Assembly (NCBI RefSeq): GCF_009914755.1
Contig: NC_060929.1
Direction: 5' to 3' (one strand)
DNA from: the human T2T-CHM13v2.0 reference genome, Homo sapiens
DNA length: 64,000 bases
Shown: piece by piece, positions 28,271 through 42,119 of the stretch
Numbering within the stretch: position 1 is the stretch's first letter
Layout of the letters: each line of letters starts with the position of its first letter
Program-made: the position numbers and the translations under genes
The notes under the pieces: generated by a model
What the model saw: the letters and a program-made list of their open reading frames with translations, nothing else
Databases searched by the model: none
What the model was told of the DNA's origin: nothing

Positions 28271-29954
28271 TAATCTCTTCATTATTATATATTTTATAAT
28301 AGAAACCAATCTAAAAATATGGGATAGGAAAATATACTAAGCAAGTACTATGTAACATACATAATTACATGTGTAAGTTGTATGTATCAGCCAAGATACA
28401 CTTAAGGTGAAAACATTAAAAGAGACAAAAATATTCCTTATTAATAAGATACAACAATCAAGAACTTGTGTCCACCTACCAATACTGTCTATAATTACAT
28501 GACCCAAAACTTTTATCTATAAAAAGAAACTGACAAATAGTCAATCATAACTTGGTGTTGGAAACTGACCTAAGCCAATTTGCTTATACACAGCATCCAA
28601 GTTATGTCTAGAAACTGCTGGATTATCTAAGTTTTAGGTGGGTATCGTTCAGCTGCTCCCCGCAGACTTACGAGCTAGTGATAGTGAAAATACATTTCAT
28701 GATAAATGCTGCTGTACATACAGATATGTATTTATTATCTATTTACTAGTTATTTTTATTATTTATTATTATCTATGATTTATTAGTAATCAGGCACAAA
28801 ACAGCTCTACTATCCTAGTTTCTAAGCCTAATGAAGTTCCAGCTGTCTCTTTAGGCACTCCACCACATCTCGCAGGAAGAGTTTACTCAAGGTGCGTCAC
28901 AACGTGGATGTGACTGCTCCAGGGGCAAAATTTTGTCCTTACTGTGAACCATCCTCTAACCTAGTGACTGGACATGCTATTTCAGAGTTAAGCCTCAGGC
29001 ATCACCCTAGGGCCTTGCTAGATAAAGTCTTTCACCTTGCTTATGTAGGAGTAGGGAGTAGTTAGCAGTGAGGGACCTTTTCTAACCTGCTATTCTAACA
29101 AGCCACTGTAGCGCTCATTATTTTTAATAGCCAGTCTTCATACTGATCAGTGATAAAATTAACAAAAGAGCTTGTAGTAGGCAGTTCTGCAATGTGACAT
29201 TTCTGATTAGAATGCTCACTGCATCTAGAGGGTTCCTTTCTGTGCTTCAGACTTATACAGTGTTTGTGGATTATTCTAAAGTGAGTTACACTGTTGTACT
29301 GAAACAATCATTCTATTGAGTCATAAACTACCGGAAAAAAAAAGAATTTGGATTTCACTGCAAACTATATGACATATATGCTACACCCAACAAACTGGGC
29401 ACCCATGTTGATTTCAAATACACTTGAACCATTTTAAAACATTGACCATGAACTAAGCCATAAAGGAAAACTCAGCAAATTACATGAAATAAAGCGTTGT
29501 TCACTGACTCTAATAAAAAACCAACTGCAAAAAAACCCACAAAGGCCACAGTGAAACATTTTAAACACATGCAGATGATTCATAGCTTAAATTATTAAAT
29601 GTGCACATGGAATTCAGGCGAAACAATACCCAGGGGGAGGATTCATCTATTTCACAAAGTACTGTGCACCCAGTGACCAAAATAGTTAAAACACCATTGT
29701 TTTCAGGGAGCTTTACATTGAGGAGAGACATAAAATAAAAAATCCGTGAATTGCATGGGGTCTGAGAAGGTGATAAAGGCTATGGAGGATGACAAGTCAG
29801 AGTAAATGGGATGTGTGGCCTGCAGTCTTGTAGGGTTGGTGTGACTTCATACTCAGGGAGTCTCTGAAGGTAAACACTTGAAAAAGACAAAAGAGCCAGC
29901 CATCATGAGTATCTTGTGGAGGGAAGAGTCAGAACGAAGGCCCTGAGATAGAAT

Positions 29955-30560
29955 GGTTACAGGAAATGTGTCTTAATCCAGACCCCAGGAGAGAGTTTTT
30001 GGATCTCACACAAGAAAGAGTTTGGGACGAATCCATAAAGTGAAAACAAGTTTATTAGAGAAGTAAAGAAACAAAAGAATGGCAACTACAGAGGGCAGCT
30101 CCAAGGGCTGCTGGTTGGCTATTTTTGCGGCTATTTCTTGATAATATGCTAGGGTGGATTATTCATGAGTTTTCCCAAGAAGACGGGGGGATTTCCCCAG
30201 AACTGAGGGTTCCTCCCACTTGTAGACCTTATAGGGTAACTTCTGGATGTTGCCATGGCATTTGTAAACTGTCATGGTGCTGCTAATCCATTATAATTAG
30301 CGTATGATGAGCAGTAAGGACTACCAGAGGTCACTTGTTGCCATCTTGACTTTGGCAGGTTTTGGCTGGCTTATTTACAGCGTCCTGTTTTATCAGCAGA
30401 GTCTTTACAACCTGTATCTTGTGATACCAGTCCTGCTGCCCTCCTATCATCCTGTGATTAAGAATGCCTAACCTCCTGGGAATGCAGCCCAGTAGGCCTC
30501 AGCCTCATTTTGCCTTGCCCCATTCAAGATGGAGTCACTCTAGTTCAAACGCCTGTGAGA
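29955..30560 (-). mobile_element. MER41-family solo LTR (ERV1)
   Basis: Minus strand begins …caggcgtttgaactagagtgactccatcttgaat…aaaatgaggctgaggcctactgggctgcattcccaggaggttaggcattc, the MER41 5' end; 4-bp TSD gaat/gaac. Confidence 0.85.
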
Positions 30561-30728
30561 GAACTGCCAGACAAGTTGGAACAGCAAGAAGGGCATTGGA
30601 TATTGAGCAGTGACAAAGGGGGAAACTAGTAAGTGATGACGACAGGAGAGAAATGGGGAGGTCTGATAATGGTTTCAGATCGTCATAGGATTTTGGCTTT
30701 TACTGTGAATACAAATCCATTTGGTCAG

Positions 30729-31105
30729 TGTTAACAGTGGAAGGTATTTGAGTTACCAGCAGTGAATCTGTATGGGTCTGCAGCAACCTCAATTCTTGCC
30801 TCTAAAGAAAGAATTCAACTGAGGGGCATAAGGCAGAAAAAGACCAAGGCAAGTTTCAGAGCAGGAGTGGAAGTTTATTTAAAAGGCTGTAGAGCAGGGA
30901 AGAAAGGAAAGGAGAGAATGCTTGGAAGAGACCCAAGCTGGCACCAAGATCAAGTGCCCTGTTTAACAGTGATGCTAGGACTTTATAGGATGGCACTTTT
31001 CCCACGATTCTTTCCTTAGGGTGGGCTGCCCGCACACTCAGTGCCTCCCTTACCCTTGGGAAGTGAGCACCCGCTGTGTGCTTAGGAAGCTGTGCACATG
31101 CCCAT
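30729..31105 (-). mobile_element. ERV1 LTR fragment (MER50-like)
   Basis: gggtctgcagcaacctcaattcttgcctc…gaattcaactgaggggcataaggcag…gcaggagtggaagtttatt. Subfamily assignment is from memory. Confidence 0.6.
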
Positions 31106-31109
31106 TTTT

Positions 31110-32640
31110 AAAACTTAAACCACAGGCTTTATTCCGACTTGACTTTTCCCACCAACATTTTTCCATTCCAGAATTTCATCCAGGACATCACATTGCATTT
31201 CGTTTTTTGCCTCCTGAGTCTTCTCCAGTCTGTGACAGTTTCTCATCTTTTGTTGTTTTTCATGACCTTGAAGGCCCCTGGTCAGGTATTTTGTAGGAGG
31301 TTCCTCAATTTGGGTTTGTCTGAGGTTTAAACGCACAATTACACTGGGTTTCTGGGTTTTGAGGAGAGCACACTAGCAGTTTTTTTTTTTTCTCATCGTT
31401 TCATATCATGGAGTATATGGTATAATATGATTAATCACTAGGGATCTCAACCCTGATCTCTTTGGTAAGATGGTATGTGCCAGTTTCTCTACTATAAGGT
31501 TACTCTTTTTCCCTTTTCATATGACATTGTTTGGAAATGAGTCACTAAGTTCAGCCTACATTCAAAGGAAGAGAAATTAAGCTCCACCTCCTGGAGGGGT
31601 TACTATCTACATGTATAATTTGTAATTCTTTTGCAAGGAAAAGCTGTTCCTTCTCCCAATTTAGTTACTTATTTTATCATGTATTTCTGGAAGTATGGAC
31701 TCATGGATATTTATTTAATACTTTGGGTTATAATATAATACTGTATTACTTATTTTATTGCTCAAATGATCATATGTGACGTCTCTCAGGGTGACTGTTG
31801 TGTTCCTTTGCCATGCTCTCCTTTTTTGTTGGGGAGGAGGGCCAAGCCATTTTACTAAGGAGAATGGAAAGGGAGACAAAGAAGCGCTGATGACAGTGAG
31901 ATCTGACATCCTTGGCTGGGCCAGAATCTTAAAGGCTTTGCAGTTGCAGAACTATTCCTGTTTTTTAAAGTTTCACGTATGTATGAGTGCTGTTTATACA
32001 TGATGTCTTGGAATATGTATCATTTGTTTCACTGTTTCAGCACTTCGTTTTTTTTGGTAGTCTAAAATGCTCCAGGTTGCCCTTGATTTTTACCTATCCC
32101 AGTGTTAAGAATGAACCATTTCTCCAGTAAGTCACAATTCCTTTTATCAGAGAACCCCTGACAACCACTTAGCTATTTTCCATGCTTATAGTTTTGCCTT
32201 TTCCAGACTGTGTGATACAACTGGAATTACACAACATTGAGCTTTTTGGGTCAGACTTATTTCACTTAGTGAAATATATTTAAGGTTAACCCATGTTGTT
32301 GTGTGAATTGATATCTGGTTCCTTTTTATTGCTCAGTACTATTCTGTTGTATGGATGTACAGTGGTTTATTTATCCATTCGTTTATTGAGGGAAATCTTG
32401 GTTGCCTCCAGTTTATGACAATTATGATTAAGCTGCTGTAAACATTTGCATACATATTTCTGCATGAATATAAGTTTTTAATTTACTTGGATAAATACAT
32501 CAGAGTGGGATTTTTGGGTCGTATGCTAAGTTTTTCTTTTAATTTCTAAGAAACTGTCAAACTGTTTTCTAAAGTAGCTGTCTCATTTTACATTCCCATG
32601 AACAAGGAATGAGAGTTCATGGATTTGTTTTTGAGAGACC
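31110..32640 (-). mobile_element. Old L1 (L1M) 3' fragments
   Basis: Antisense L1 3'/ORF2-end phrases (ttatttcacttagt…, ggttgcctccagttt…, tttacattccc…gaatgagagtt). Confidence 0.7.
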
Positions 32641-35600
32641 TTTTTGAAGAGTTCAGCATTGTTAGAGTTTGCTTTGGTGCAGTCCATGTCTCCAGTCCCT
32701 GTGCATTTAAACAGTAGATTCAAAATTAAAATGATAGCATAGAAATTATAAACAACACGAAGAAATACAAATGGAGTTACTTTAGTTCTGTTATTGTGTG
32801 TGTGACCACTTGAATTTTTCCTCATGATGACTTTTGTTTAAACATTTGGAAAACATTTATTTCTTTCAGTCTCACCTCATAGATGAAAAATGCTTCAGAA
32901 TATAGTTATAACTGTGAAAAGACTGTTCCTGATGTTATGATTTGCTCACTGTGAAGCTTTTCATGCACTACAGACAAATGTTGGAAAGTCTGTCTCAACT
33001 TCAAGGGCAGTGAATTCTGAAAGTTAATGTGGACACAAGAGTTTCTTCTCAGATTTCCTCCTCTGCTGCATTTTTTTTTTGAGTTATCTTCTTTTCTGGT
33101 ATGAAATTGTAAATCAAGTAAGTCAGATATAAAAATATTTGCAAACAGTCAAAATCAACTCTAAAAGTGATGTAGTGAAACTCAAGCTTTAAAATTGTTC
33201 CTTGAAGAGCAGCACACAAAAATTGTGTAGAAAATTATTAACTATGTAACAACAACAAAAAGGTCAATGACATTTAGACAGAAAAAAAAAAGAAATTTCT
33301 GGGAAGAATATTAGGGAAAAGAACAACAACTGCTGGCCTTGCAGCAGCAGAAGGAATTGCAGGGTGTGTTGAATATTTTGATTATTTCCACCAGGAACTA
33401 GATACTTGTAAAGCGGTGGATTAAGCATTCTCAAGTTCCTTAATGTTTAGCCCATTTTCTCATATTCTTTTAGCAGAGAAGAAAAACTTTAGAAGCTTTC
33501 ACCCAGTGTAATAGAAACTTATGATGAATTTTCTGGTGAAAATATCTTAGGGGAATTTCTTCTATTGCAGAGATGTTTGAAAACTATTATAATCCATCCT
33601 GAAGAAAGAAAAACATGAACAGTATTTCAATTTCTGGAGGTTATTGTAAAATGTGATTTTTATGAATCTCTGAAAAACTCATCCTCGTACTTAAGACTTT
33701 TTCCAAGTCTTCATACATCTATGACTCCACATGAAAAAAACTTTTCAAAATTAAAATTTAAGAAGTTTTTCAATTCGAGTGAAGAAAGCTGATAAATTCT
33801 CTTAAATATCCATAGAATGTGAATATACAAAAATTAATTTTTGTAAATATGCAGAAGTTACAGATCAAAAGCAGATACTATAATATAATTCGCAGTGGTT
33901 TAAGACCAATATGTAGGTGTAAGTTTCCCTTGTTTTCCCAAAAAACACATTAGTGCAATTAAAAAGAATTTATCGCTTTTTGTCTTTAAAATTTTTTAAA
34001 TTTATCCCAATAAATATAAATTTTGAGGGTATATCTGCTAATTTAATACCTTTATATAATTTGTAAAGATAAAATCACTGTAACTAGAATACCCATCACC
34101 TTAAATATTGGTCTTTTCTTTATGCTAGAAACATTCAAATTATTCCCTTCTGACTATTTTGAAATATTTAATAGATGATTGTAAACTATGCTAACCCTAC
34201 TGATCTATCAATCACTAGGTTTTATTTATTCTAACAAATTGTATATTTGTCCCCATTAGTCAAACCTTTCTTCATCCTCCCCTTCCCTCTACCCTTCCCA
34301 GCCTCCAGTAATCACCAATCTACTCTATATCTTCATGAGATCCACTTTTTTTTAGCTCCCACATATGAGTGAGGCTATGCAATATTTTTTTAATTTCCTT
34401 CTTAATTTCTTCATAGACCCATTGGTCATTCAGAACCGTGTTGTTTAATTTCCATGCGTTTGTGTGCTTTCCAAAGTTTCTTTTGCTATTAATTTTTAGT
34501 TTTATCCTATTGTGGTCTGAAAAGATACTTGGTATGATTTATACATTTTTGAATTTGTTGATACTTTTTTTGTGGCTATTCTGGACTTTTGGGGTCTATT
34601 CTGGACCTCTACATGCCAGTGTTTTTATTTTTATGAATCTATTATAGATTTTGCATTGTAGTTACTATGTGGCTTACAAAAACCAACTTATACATGTAAA
34701 AATTTATTTCAAAGAGGTGAAAACTTATCTTAGATCACACAGAAAAGAATAGAAAAAATGAAAAAAGCCTATATACTTCATCCCCCAGTTTTGACTTTAT
34801 ATTGTCTCAATTTTCATATTTTTATACTGCCTATTTCTTAACAGGTTGCTGTATCTATTATTGTTTTGATAGACTTGTCTTTCTTTCTTCATACTAGAAT
34901 TATGAATGGATTGCTCACCATAATTGCAGTGTTAGCATATTCTTGGTTTTCCGTGTACTTAATTCTATCAGTGTGTGTTATACTTCCAAATGTTTTCTTT
35001 TTTCACTGAAGTGTTTTTATTTATTTTAGATTGAAGAACACCTTTTAGCATTTCTTGTAAGATGGGTCTCTTGGTGAATTCTCTCAGCTTTTGTTTGAGA
35101 TATCTCATTCATATTTGAAGGATTGCTTTGCTGGATACAGTATTCTTGAATGGAAGCGTTTTTTCTTTCAGAACTTTGAAAATGTCACCCCACTGTTTCC
35201 TGGTCTGTATAGCTTTCATTAAGAAGTCTGTTGCCCAATGAATTGGAGTTTCTTTGTACATTGTTGATTTTGTCTTGCTGCTTTTAGGATCCTCTCTTTT
35301 TCTTTGGCTTATGATAATTTGATTGTTATATGCCTTGGAGTAGTTGTATTTGGATTGAATCTGTTTTGCGTTTGCTGACCTTTCTAAAGCTGGATATTTA
35401 TCCCTTTCTTAAGTTTTGGAAAGTTTTCTGTTATTATTTTTTTGAATAAGCTTTCTATCCCTTGCTCTTGCTCAACTCCCTCTTGAATACCACTAATTAT
35501 TAGTTTTGATCTTTTCAGGTAATTTTCTATATCTTGTAGCCAATCTTCATTTGTTTTCATTATTTTTTCTCTTCTGACTATTTATTTTCAAATGGTCTGT

Positions 35601-37038
35601 CATAGAGCTCATTGATTATTTCTTCTCCTTGACCTGATCTGCTGAGAGCCTCTAATGAATTTTCCATTTCGGCAAATGAATTTCTCAGTTCCAAGATTTC
35701 TGTTTGACTTTTTATTATGATTATTTCAATCATTTAGTTAAATTTCTCTGATAAGTTTCTGAATTGCTTTTCTGTGTTATCCTGAATATCACTGAGTTTC
35801 CTTAAAACTGCCATTTTGAATTCTTGGTCAGAGAGTTCACATATCACCATTTCATTAGGGTCAGTTGCCAGTTCCTTGCTTTGTCCATTTAGGAGAGATC
35901 ATGGTTCTCTGCTATTGTTTCTGTTGGATGTACATCTGTGTCTTTTCATTGAAGAATTAGTTATTTATTCTAGTCTTCTCTGACATTTTTGTTTTTTATT
36001 GGATATGTTTTCTTAGAGATCCTTTATAATTTACCTTTTGATATTTTTTCTTTTTTTCCCCTACTAGGTTGCTGCTCCCTTTTCAGCAGTAGATGACACC
36101 TTAAGACCAAGTTTGCCTTGGTTCTAGTAAGCAATCAGAGTACCACCTATCTCAAATCAGAAGGTTTCAAAGGGGATATCCCAGTAGTATGAGAAGGCTG
36201 GGGGTTCATGCCCAGAGGACCTGTGAAACAAACCTCTTACAGCATCATGCTACTGAAGAGCCACTCTGATTTAGTGTTTTAGTTGGCCAAATTACAGAGC
36301 AAAATTTTCAGGCCTAGGGATGGTAGTTCCACCTTCCCTCTTTGTCTCTGGCTGTTCTCAGGGATATTTCTCCCTTCAGACACTACTGATAGTTTCTGTG
36401 GGCAAAAGGGAAAGGTCTCCTACTAGGGTGCCCTGAATGGTGGGGAAGCTGATTGTCCACCTTGATGTCACTTTTTTCAGTGTAGAGACTGTATGTTGAG
36501 GGAAAATTTTCCACATGCTTTGTGATGGGCAGATTGGGTGGAGGGGCATTATGAATATGGAAGTCTGATTCCCTTACTGTCTGCTTAAAATTTGTTCAAT
36601 TCTCTGTGATTCCAGGAACTGTCTCATTCTCATCTGAGTCCTGGAATACTACTGGTGATAATCTTGGCACTGTGTATTTGTTTCTGGGTTTCTGTGGGGA
36701 GGAGGTAATGAGGCCAACTTGTTTCTACACCACCATTTTGGAATGGGAAGCTTTCATTTAAGTTGTAATACTTATTTTACTTTTTATTTTTAACTGGAAT
36801 GATATATACATAGATGAGGTTCAGTAAAACTTTTTTTTAACTGACTGTAAACATTTTTACTGACCGTGTTTTACTGACTGTGCTTTTTAATGACTGTGAA
36901 CATTTTTACTGTGTTTATTTTCCACCATCATTAATATATGTTTCATTACATAATTACTACTGAAAAGAATTTTGTCACATAAGGGATGTGATAAACCATT
37001 ATCTGCTTGGGTTTCAAATGTGTTATGGATAACACTGC
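32640..37038 (+). mobile_element. hAT (Tip100/Arthur1-like) DNA transposon fossil interrupted by L1
   Basis: 33661-33765 translates YESLKNSSSYLRLFPSLHTSMTPHEKNFSKLKFKK, resembling the hAT C-terminal dimerisation motif (…ERSFSKLKLIK). A probable terminal segment resumes at about 36750-37038. Confidence 0.6.
33990..36750 (-). mobile_element. L1 (L1M-type) antisense, 3' end plus 5'/ORF1-region pieces
   Basis: T-rich antisense L1 (ttttagctcccacatatgag; ttagcatttcttgtaag…ctctcagcttttgtt; ccaccattttggaa). Confidence 0.8.
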
Positions 37039-38389
37039 TGAACCAAAGCATAACTTTTGAAAGAGGAAGTACATGGGATCATCATAATAAATAATACAGT
37101 GTCCTGAGTGATGAGCTTTCTATTATGCTACAGGAAGAATTTCATTAAAAATAATAATAGAAAAACATTTAAAAATTTTACCATTTTATTAACATTCTAT
37201 ATTTTTCTACTCCGTTAAAATGCAGAAGTCAGAAAATGGAACATTTCCCTTTCACTATTTCTGCCATTAAAAAAATAGTACATTTTCTTGATTGTTTGTC
37301 ATCTTAAACTACCTTTATCCTTTTGCAAGGTAGACTCTTCAGTATCTTTTTTAATCACAACAGATTAGAATATATACGATGGTACTTCGGAATATATGAA
37401 TTACATTTTAATTTCTGAATGTTTATCTTATTTAATGTCAAATATATATATGTGTGTGTGTGTGGGTGTGTATGTATAGTACTTGTATGGCTTAAGGCTT
37501 CAAATGCTACTCAAAATAGTATCCACACTAAATCATTTTCTCTGAAAACACTCCTTCCTGTGTTTTGAGCTGGGCTCTGGGTAAACAAAAAAAGGAGTAA
37601 AGCTTAATAATGTTTCCTGTATCTCCAGTCTGCTGGCCTTCTCGTTCAACCAAGAACTTTGATTTGCAGATTTGGTGTTAACAGCCTTTGTAACATTGTC
37701 CTCGTTTTGAGGAAATTATTAAATCTTTATCAACCTTTGTAATTGGGTAGGCATGTTAACCTAAATGGATAGGAATTTTGATAGTGGCTCATTAGTTTAT
37801 TTAATAAAAGTGTTTAAAGCTATATCTGACACAAAATAAGTATTTAAAATGTATGAGTATTTATGCTACTGTTACTGCTATTACTATTACTACTATCACT
37901 TCTACAAATGTTCCTGGAGAAACACCAGGTTGATGGGTGTGCTCTGAATTTTGGAGAAGGATTTAATGTACAACAAGGTCATTTTGATGTGTTTTTAGTT
38001 CTCCTGGCAAGTGCCCAGCTCATCACATGGTTCCAGAGCAGACATCTGTCTCCATGGTCCTTTATTCAGTAGCAGTTAACTCAGCACCTTTCACAGCTTT
38101 AATTCATTTTCTAAAGGTTAACAGGCAAAGAACAGGTTCAGAAAAGGTCTAAATCATGTTTTTATTTTTCCAGGTGGATGACTTTAACAAAAGATCATGA
38201 CTCCATTGTGTATAAGAGCAGTTAAATTCTGCCTTTGTTTCAGAACATATCTGTAGGTTATTAAGTTTTTCTTTTGCTTCAGTATTTTCAAGGGGAAGTG
38301 AGAAAGTTGTAATTTCTTTGTAAGAAGTTTCTCTGTAAAATATGTGAGCTACTGTCACAAGACCCAGTACAGCTGAGGGACTTAGCCGC

Positions 38390-40668
38390 TGTATCAGTCT
38401 GTTTTCACGCTGCTGATAAAGGCATACCCCAGACTGGGCAATTTACAATTTACAAAAGAAAGAGGTTTATTGGACTCACATTTCCACATGGCTGGGGAGG
38501 CCTCATGATCATGGTGGAAGGTGAAAGGCACTTCTCACATGATGGCAGACAAGAGAAGAGAGCTTATGCAGGGAAACTCCCCTTTTTAAAACAATCAGAT
38601 CTTGTGAGACTTACTCACTATCATGAGAATAGCATGGGAAAGACCCGTCCCCATGATTCAATTACCTCCCACAGGATCCTTCCCACAACACATGGGAATT
38701 CTGGGAGCTACATTTCAAGATGCGATTTGGGTTGGGACACAGCCAAACCATATCATTCCGACCCTGACCCCTCCCAAATCTCATGTCCTCACATTTCAAA
38801 ACCAATCATGCCTTCCCAAGAGTCCCTCAAAGTCTTAACTCATTTCACTGTTAAAAGTCTACCATCCAAAGCCTCATCTGAGACAAGGTAAGTCCCTTCT
38901 GACTATGAGCCAGTAAAACCAAAAGCAAGTTAGTTACTTCCTAGATAAAATGAGGGTACAGGTGTGGATAAATGCAGCCATTCCAAATGGGAGAAATTGG
39001 CCAAAACAAAGGGGCTACAGGCCCCATGCAAGTCCGAAATCCAACAGGGTAGTCAAATCTTAAAGCTCCAAAATGATCTCCTTTGACTCCATGTCTCACA
39101 TCCGGGTCACTCTGATGCAAGAAGTGGGTTCCCATAGTCTTGAGCAGCTCTGCCCCTGTGGCTTTACAGGGTACAGCCTCCCTCCTGGCTGCTTTCATGG
39201 GAGGGTTGAGTCTGTGACTTTTCCAGGCACATGGTGCAAGCTGTCGGTGGATATACCATTCTGGGGTCTGGAGGATGGTAGCCCTCTTCTCACAGCTCCA
39301 CTAGGCAGCACCCCAGTGGGGACTCTCTGTGGGGGCTCTCACTCCACATTTCCCTTCTGCACTGCCCTAGCAGAGGTTTTCCATGAACGTCCTGCCACTG
39401 CAGCAAACTTGTTCCCGGACATTCAGGCATTTTCATACATCCTCTGAAAACTAGGTAGAGGTTCCCAAACCTTAATTCTTGACTTCTGTGCACCCACAGG
39501 CTCAACACCATGTGGAAGCTGCCAAGATTTGGGGCTTACACCCTCTGAAGCCACAGCCCAAGCTGTACCTTGGCCTCTTTTAGTCATGACTGGCGTGGCT
39601 GGGATGCAGGGCGCCAAGTTCTTAGGCTGCAGACAGCAGAGAGACCCTGGGCCTGGGCCCACAAAACCATTTTTACCTTCTAGGCCTCTGGGACTGTGAT
39701 GGGAGGGGCTGTTGTAAAGGTCTCTGAGATGCCCTGGAAACATCTTCCCCATTGATTAACATTGGGCTTCTCATTACATATGCAAATTTCTGCAGCCTGC
39801 TTGAATTTCTTCTCAGAAAATGGGATTTTCTTTTCTATCACATTGGTCAGGCTGCAAATTTTCTGAACTTTTATGCTCTGTTGCTCTTTTAAAACTGAAT
39901 GCCTTTAACAGCACCCAGGTCACCTCTTGAATGCTTTGCTGCTTAGACATTTCTTCTGCCAGATACCTGAATCATCTCTCTCAAATTCAAAGTTCCACAA
40001 ACCTCTTAGGGCAGGAGCAAAGTGCTGCTAGTCTCTTTGCTAAAACATAACAAGAGTCACCTTTGCTTCAGTTCCCAACAAGTTCCTAATCTCTGTCTGA
40101 GACCACCTCAGCCTGGATTTCATTGTCCATATCATTATCAGCATTTTGGTCAATGCCATTCAACAAGTCTCTAGGGAGTTCCAAACTTTCCCACATTTTC
40201 CTGTCTTCTGAGCCCTCGAAACTGTTCCAACCTCTACCCAGTTCCAAAGTTGCTTCCACATTTTTGGGTTTCTTTGCAGCAGCACCATGCTCTACCAGTA
40301 CCAATTTACTGTATTAGTCCATTTTCATGCTTGTGATAAAGACATACTTGAGACTTGGCGATTTACAAAAGAAAGAATTTTATTGAACTCACAGTTTCAC
40401 GTACCTGGGGAGGCCTCACAGTCATGGCAGAAGGTGAAAGGCATGTCTTACATGGCAGCAGACAAGAGAAGAGAGCTTGTGCAGGGAAATGCCCCTTTTT
40501 AAAACCATCAGATCTTGTGAGACTTATTCACTATCACAAGAATAGCATGGGAAAGATGCATCTGCATAATTTAATTGCCTCCCACTGGGTCCCTCCTGCA
40601 ACACGTGGGAATTATGGGCGATACAATTCAAGATGGGATTTGGGTGGGGACACAGCCAAACCATATCA
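38390..40668 (-). mobile_element. Full-length THE1 MaLR element (LTR-internal-LTR)
   Basis: LTRs at 38390-38755 and 40310-40668, both ending gacacagccaaaccatatca, with THE1-int between; 5-bp TSD gccgc/gccac. Confidence 0.95.
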
Positions 40669-42119
40669 GCCACATACACAAATTGTTTTCCCATTTGCAC
40701 TCGTACTTAATAGCAACTACACATAGTTAATCTGTAGTTGTAGCAAATTATCACTCACCTGCATTTCTGCCTTATTAACTCAAGATGGTTTCATTTGGAG
40801 TTAGACTGGAAAATTCCAGAGGATGAATGTGGTTTGATCCAGTAAGATTTGGGAATAAACTGTGATTAGGCAGCCAAGTATGGTCCTTAGTGATGCACTG
40901 ATGTGCTTTAATAATTTTAGATCCAACAACTAACACATGTTGAAATTCTATGGGACAAAGTTACTGAATGTGAAATACAAAAAATAAGGGAAAAGCAAAT
41001 GGGAAATACTTCTTGCCCATTTTCTCCCTTGAATATTAGATCTACAGTTCCACTTGCTGTCTAATCAAAGTATTGTAGCTGAGAAACTCAAAATACTCCC
41101 CTACTGAGCAGTAAATGACCTGGTTCTCTTAAAAGAACTTAAATAGTACCTAAATAGGGCGGAATTTCTCCCTCAATGCTTCAGAGCTGACCTGAGCCAA
41201 AGTCCCAAGTCAATTAAATCTGCATTATAACCCTGTCTCTCAGTTTTCCCTGTGTAACACAGAACAGGTTCAATATGGGAGATGCATCCTTCAGTGGAGG
41301 AAAATCAACCAGAGCACAGAGCATGGTTAATGTAAACCATTAATCAGGATACCGAGGTTTCAGACTACTCCCTCTGAATATTCTGCCTTGGAGAAGGAGA
41401 GGTGAAATTTTATAGAGCCTTAGCGAGTGGGTCGGCCTAAGTTTAGCTAGTTTCTGGAATAGTTAGTCCAAGATTATTCTTAGAAGAAGGATGTTCTGGC
41501 GTTTATCAGTCTTTATTTGAGCAGCTTCTGTTTAGCAAGAGAAGTTGGGAAGGAACAGCTATGGGGCCAAGATATTGAGGCTGCATCGAAAATGTTCTGG
41601 TTTGACTGCCAAATCAACCAAAATAAAGGCAACCAACGGATCAGGTTAATGGAGTGTCTCTGAGATGGACAGGGACCCTTCGCACTCCTGCACCAGGACA
41701 GCGCCCAAGCATCTGGAGGAATCTGCACATTCTATTGATGGCAATGAGGAATCAAATCTGTAATGCCAGGGGGCAAAGTTGGGTGGAGGCACCCTCACAT
41801 TCCCATGGCACCTGCCCTTATTCCAGTTTACAATCGTGGACCTGAATCCAGTGAAGCCACTCATGGGCTGCCTTTCAGCCCCACTTGAAAGAATCCTTCT
41901 ACTGGGGCTGGGAAAGAGCAGCTTGGTGACCTTTTCCAGCCTCTTGGCATCAGCTTGGGTGGGAAAGCTGGGTGGGCAGGGGAAGAGTCTCCTGAGGGTG
42001 GAGAAAATCAGGCAGAGGCACCTTAGGAGGAGCCATGTAGCTGTACAAACAGAAACATTATTGGGAGCTTCAGCTAAAAAGCTTGGACCTGTGTGTTTTT
42101 AGTGTTATATACATATGTA

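Noticed and set aside
28556-29100. Possible solo LTR (TG...CA ends)
   Set aside because: No matching TSD and no family I can recognise, so it is not supportable without a search.
36838-36915. Degenerate short repeats (also at 14060-14098, 43868-43930, 48947-48980, 57458-57488)
   Set aside because: Small slippage duplications with no evidence of function.
38505-40726. Cluster of 65-128 aa ORFs
   Set aside because: All lie within THE1 LTR/internal sequence; these are common repeat-derived ORFs.
41250-42100. LTR/ERV-like or exon-like GC-richer block, checked for upstream SEMA5A TSP1 exons
   Set aside because: No WSxWS/TSP1-like translation found and no confident family match.
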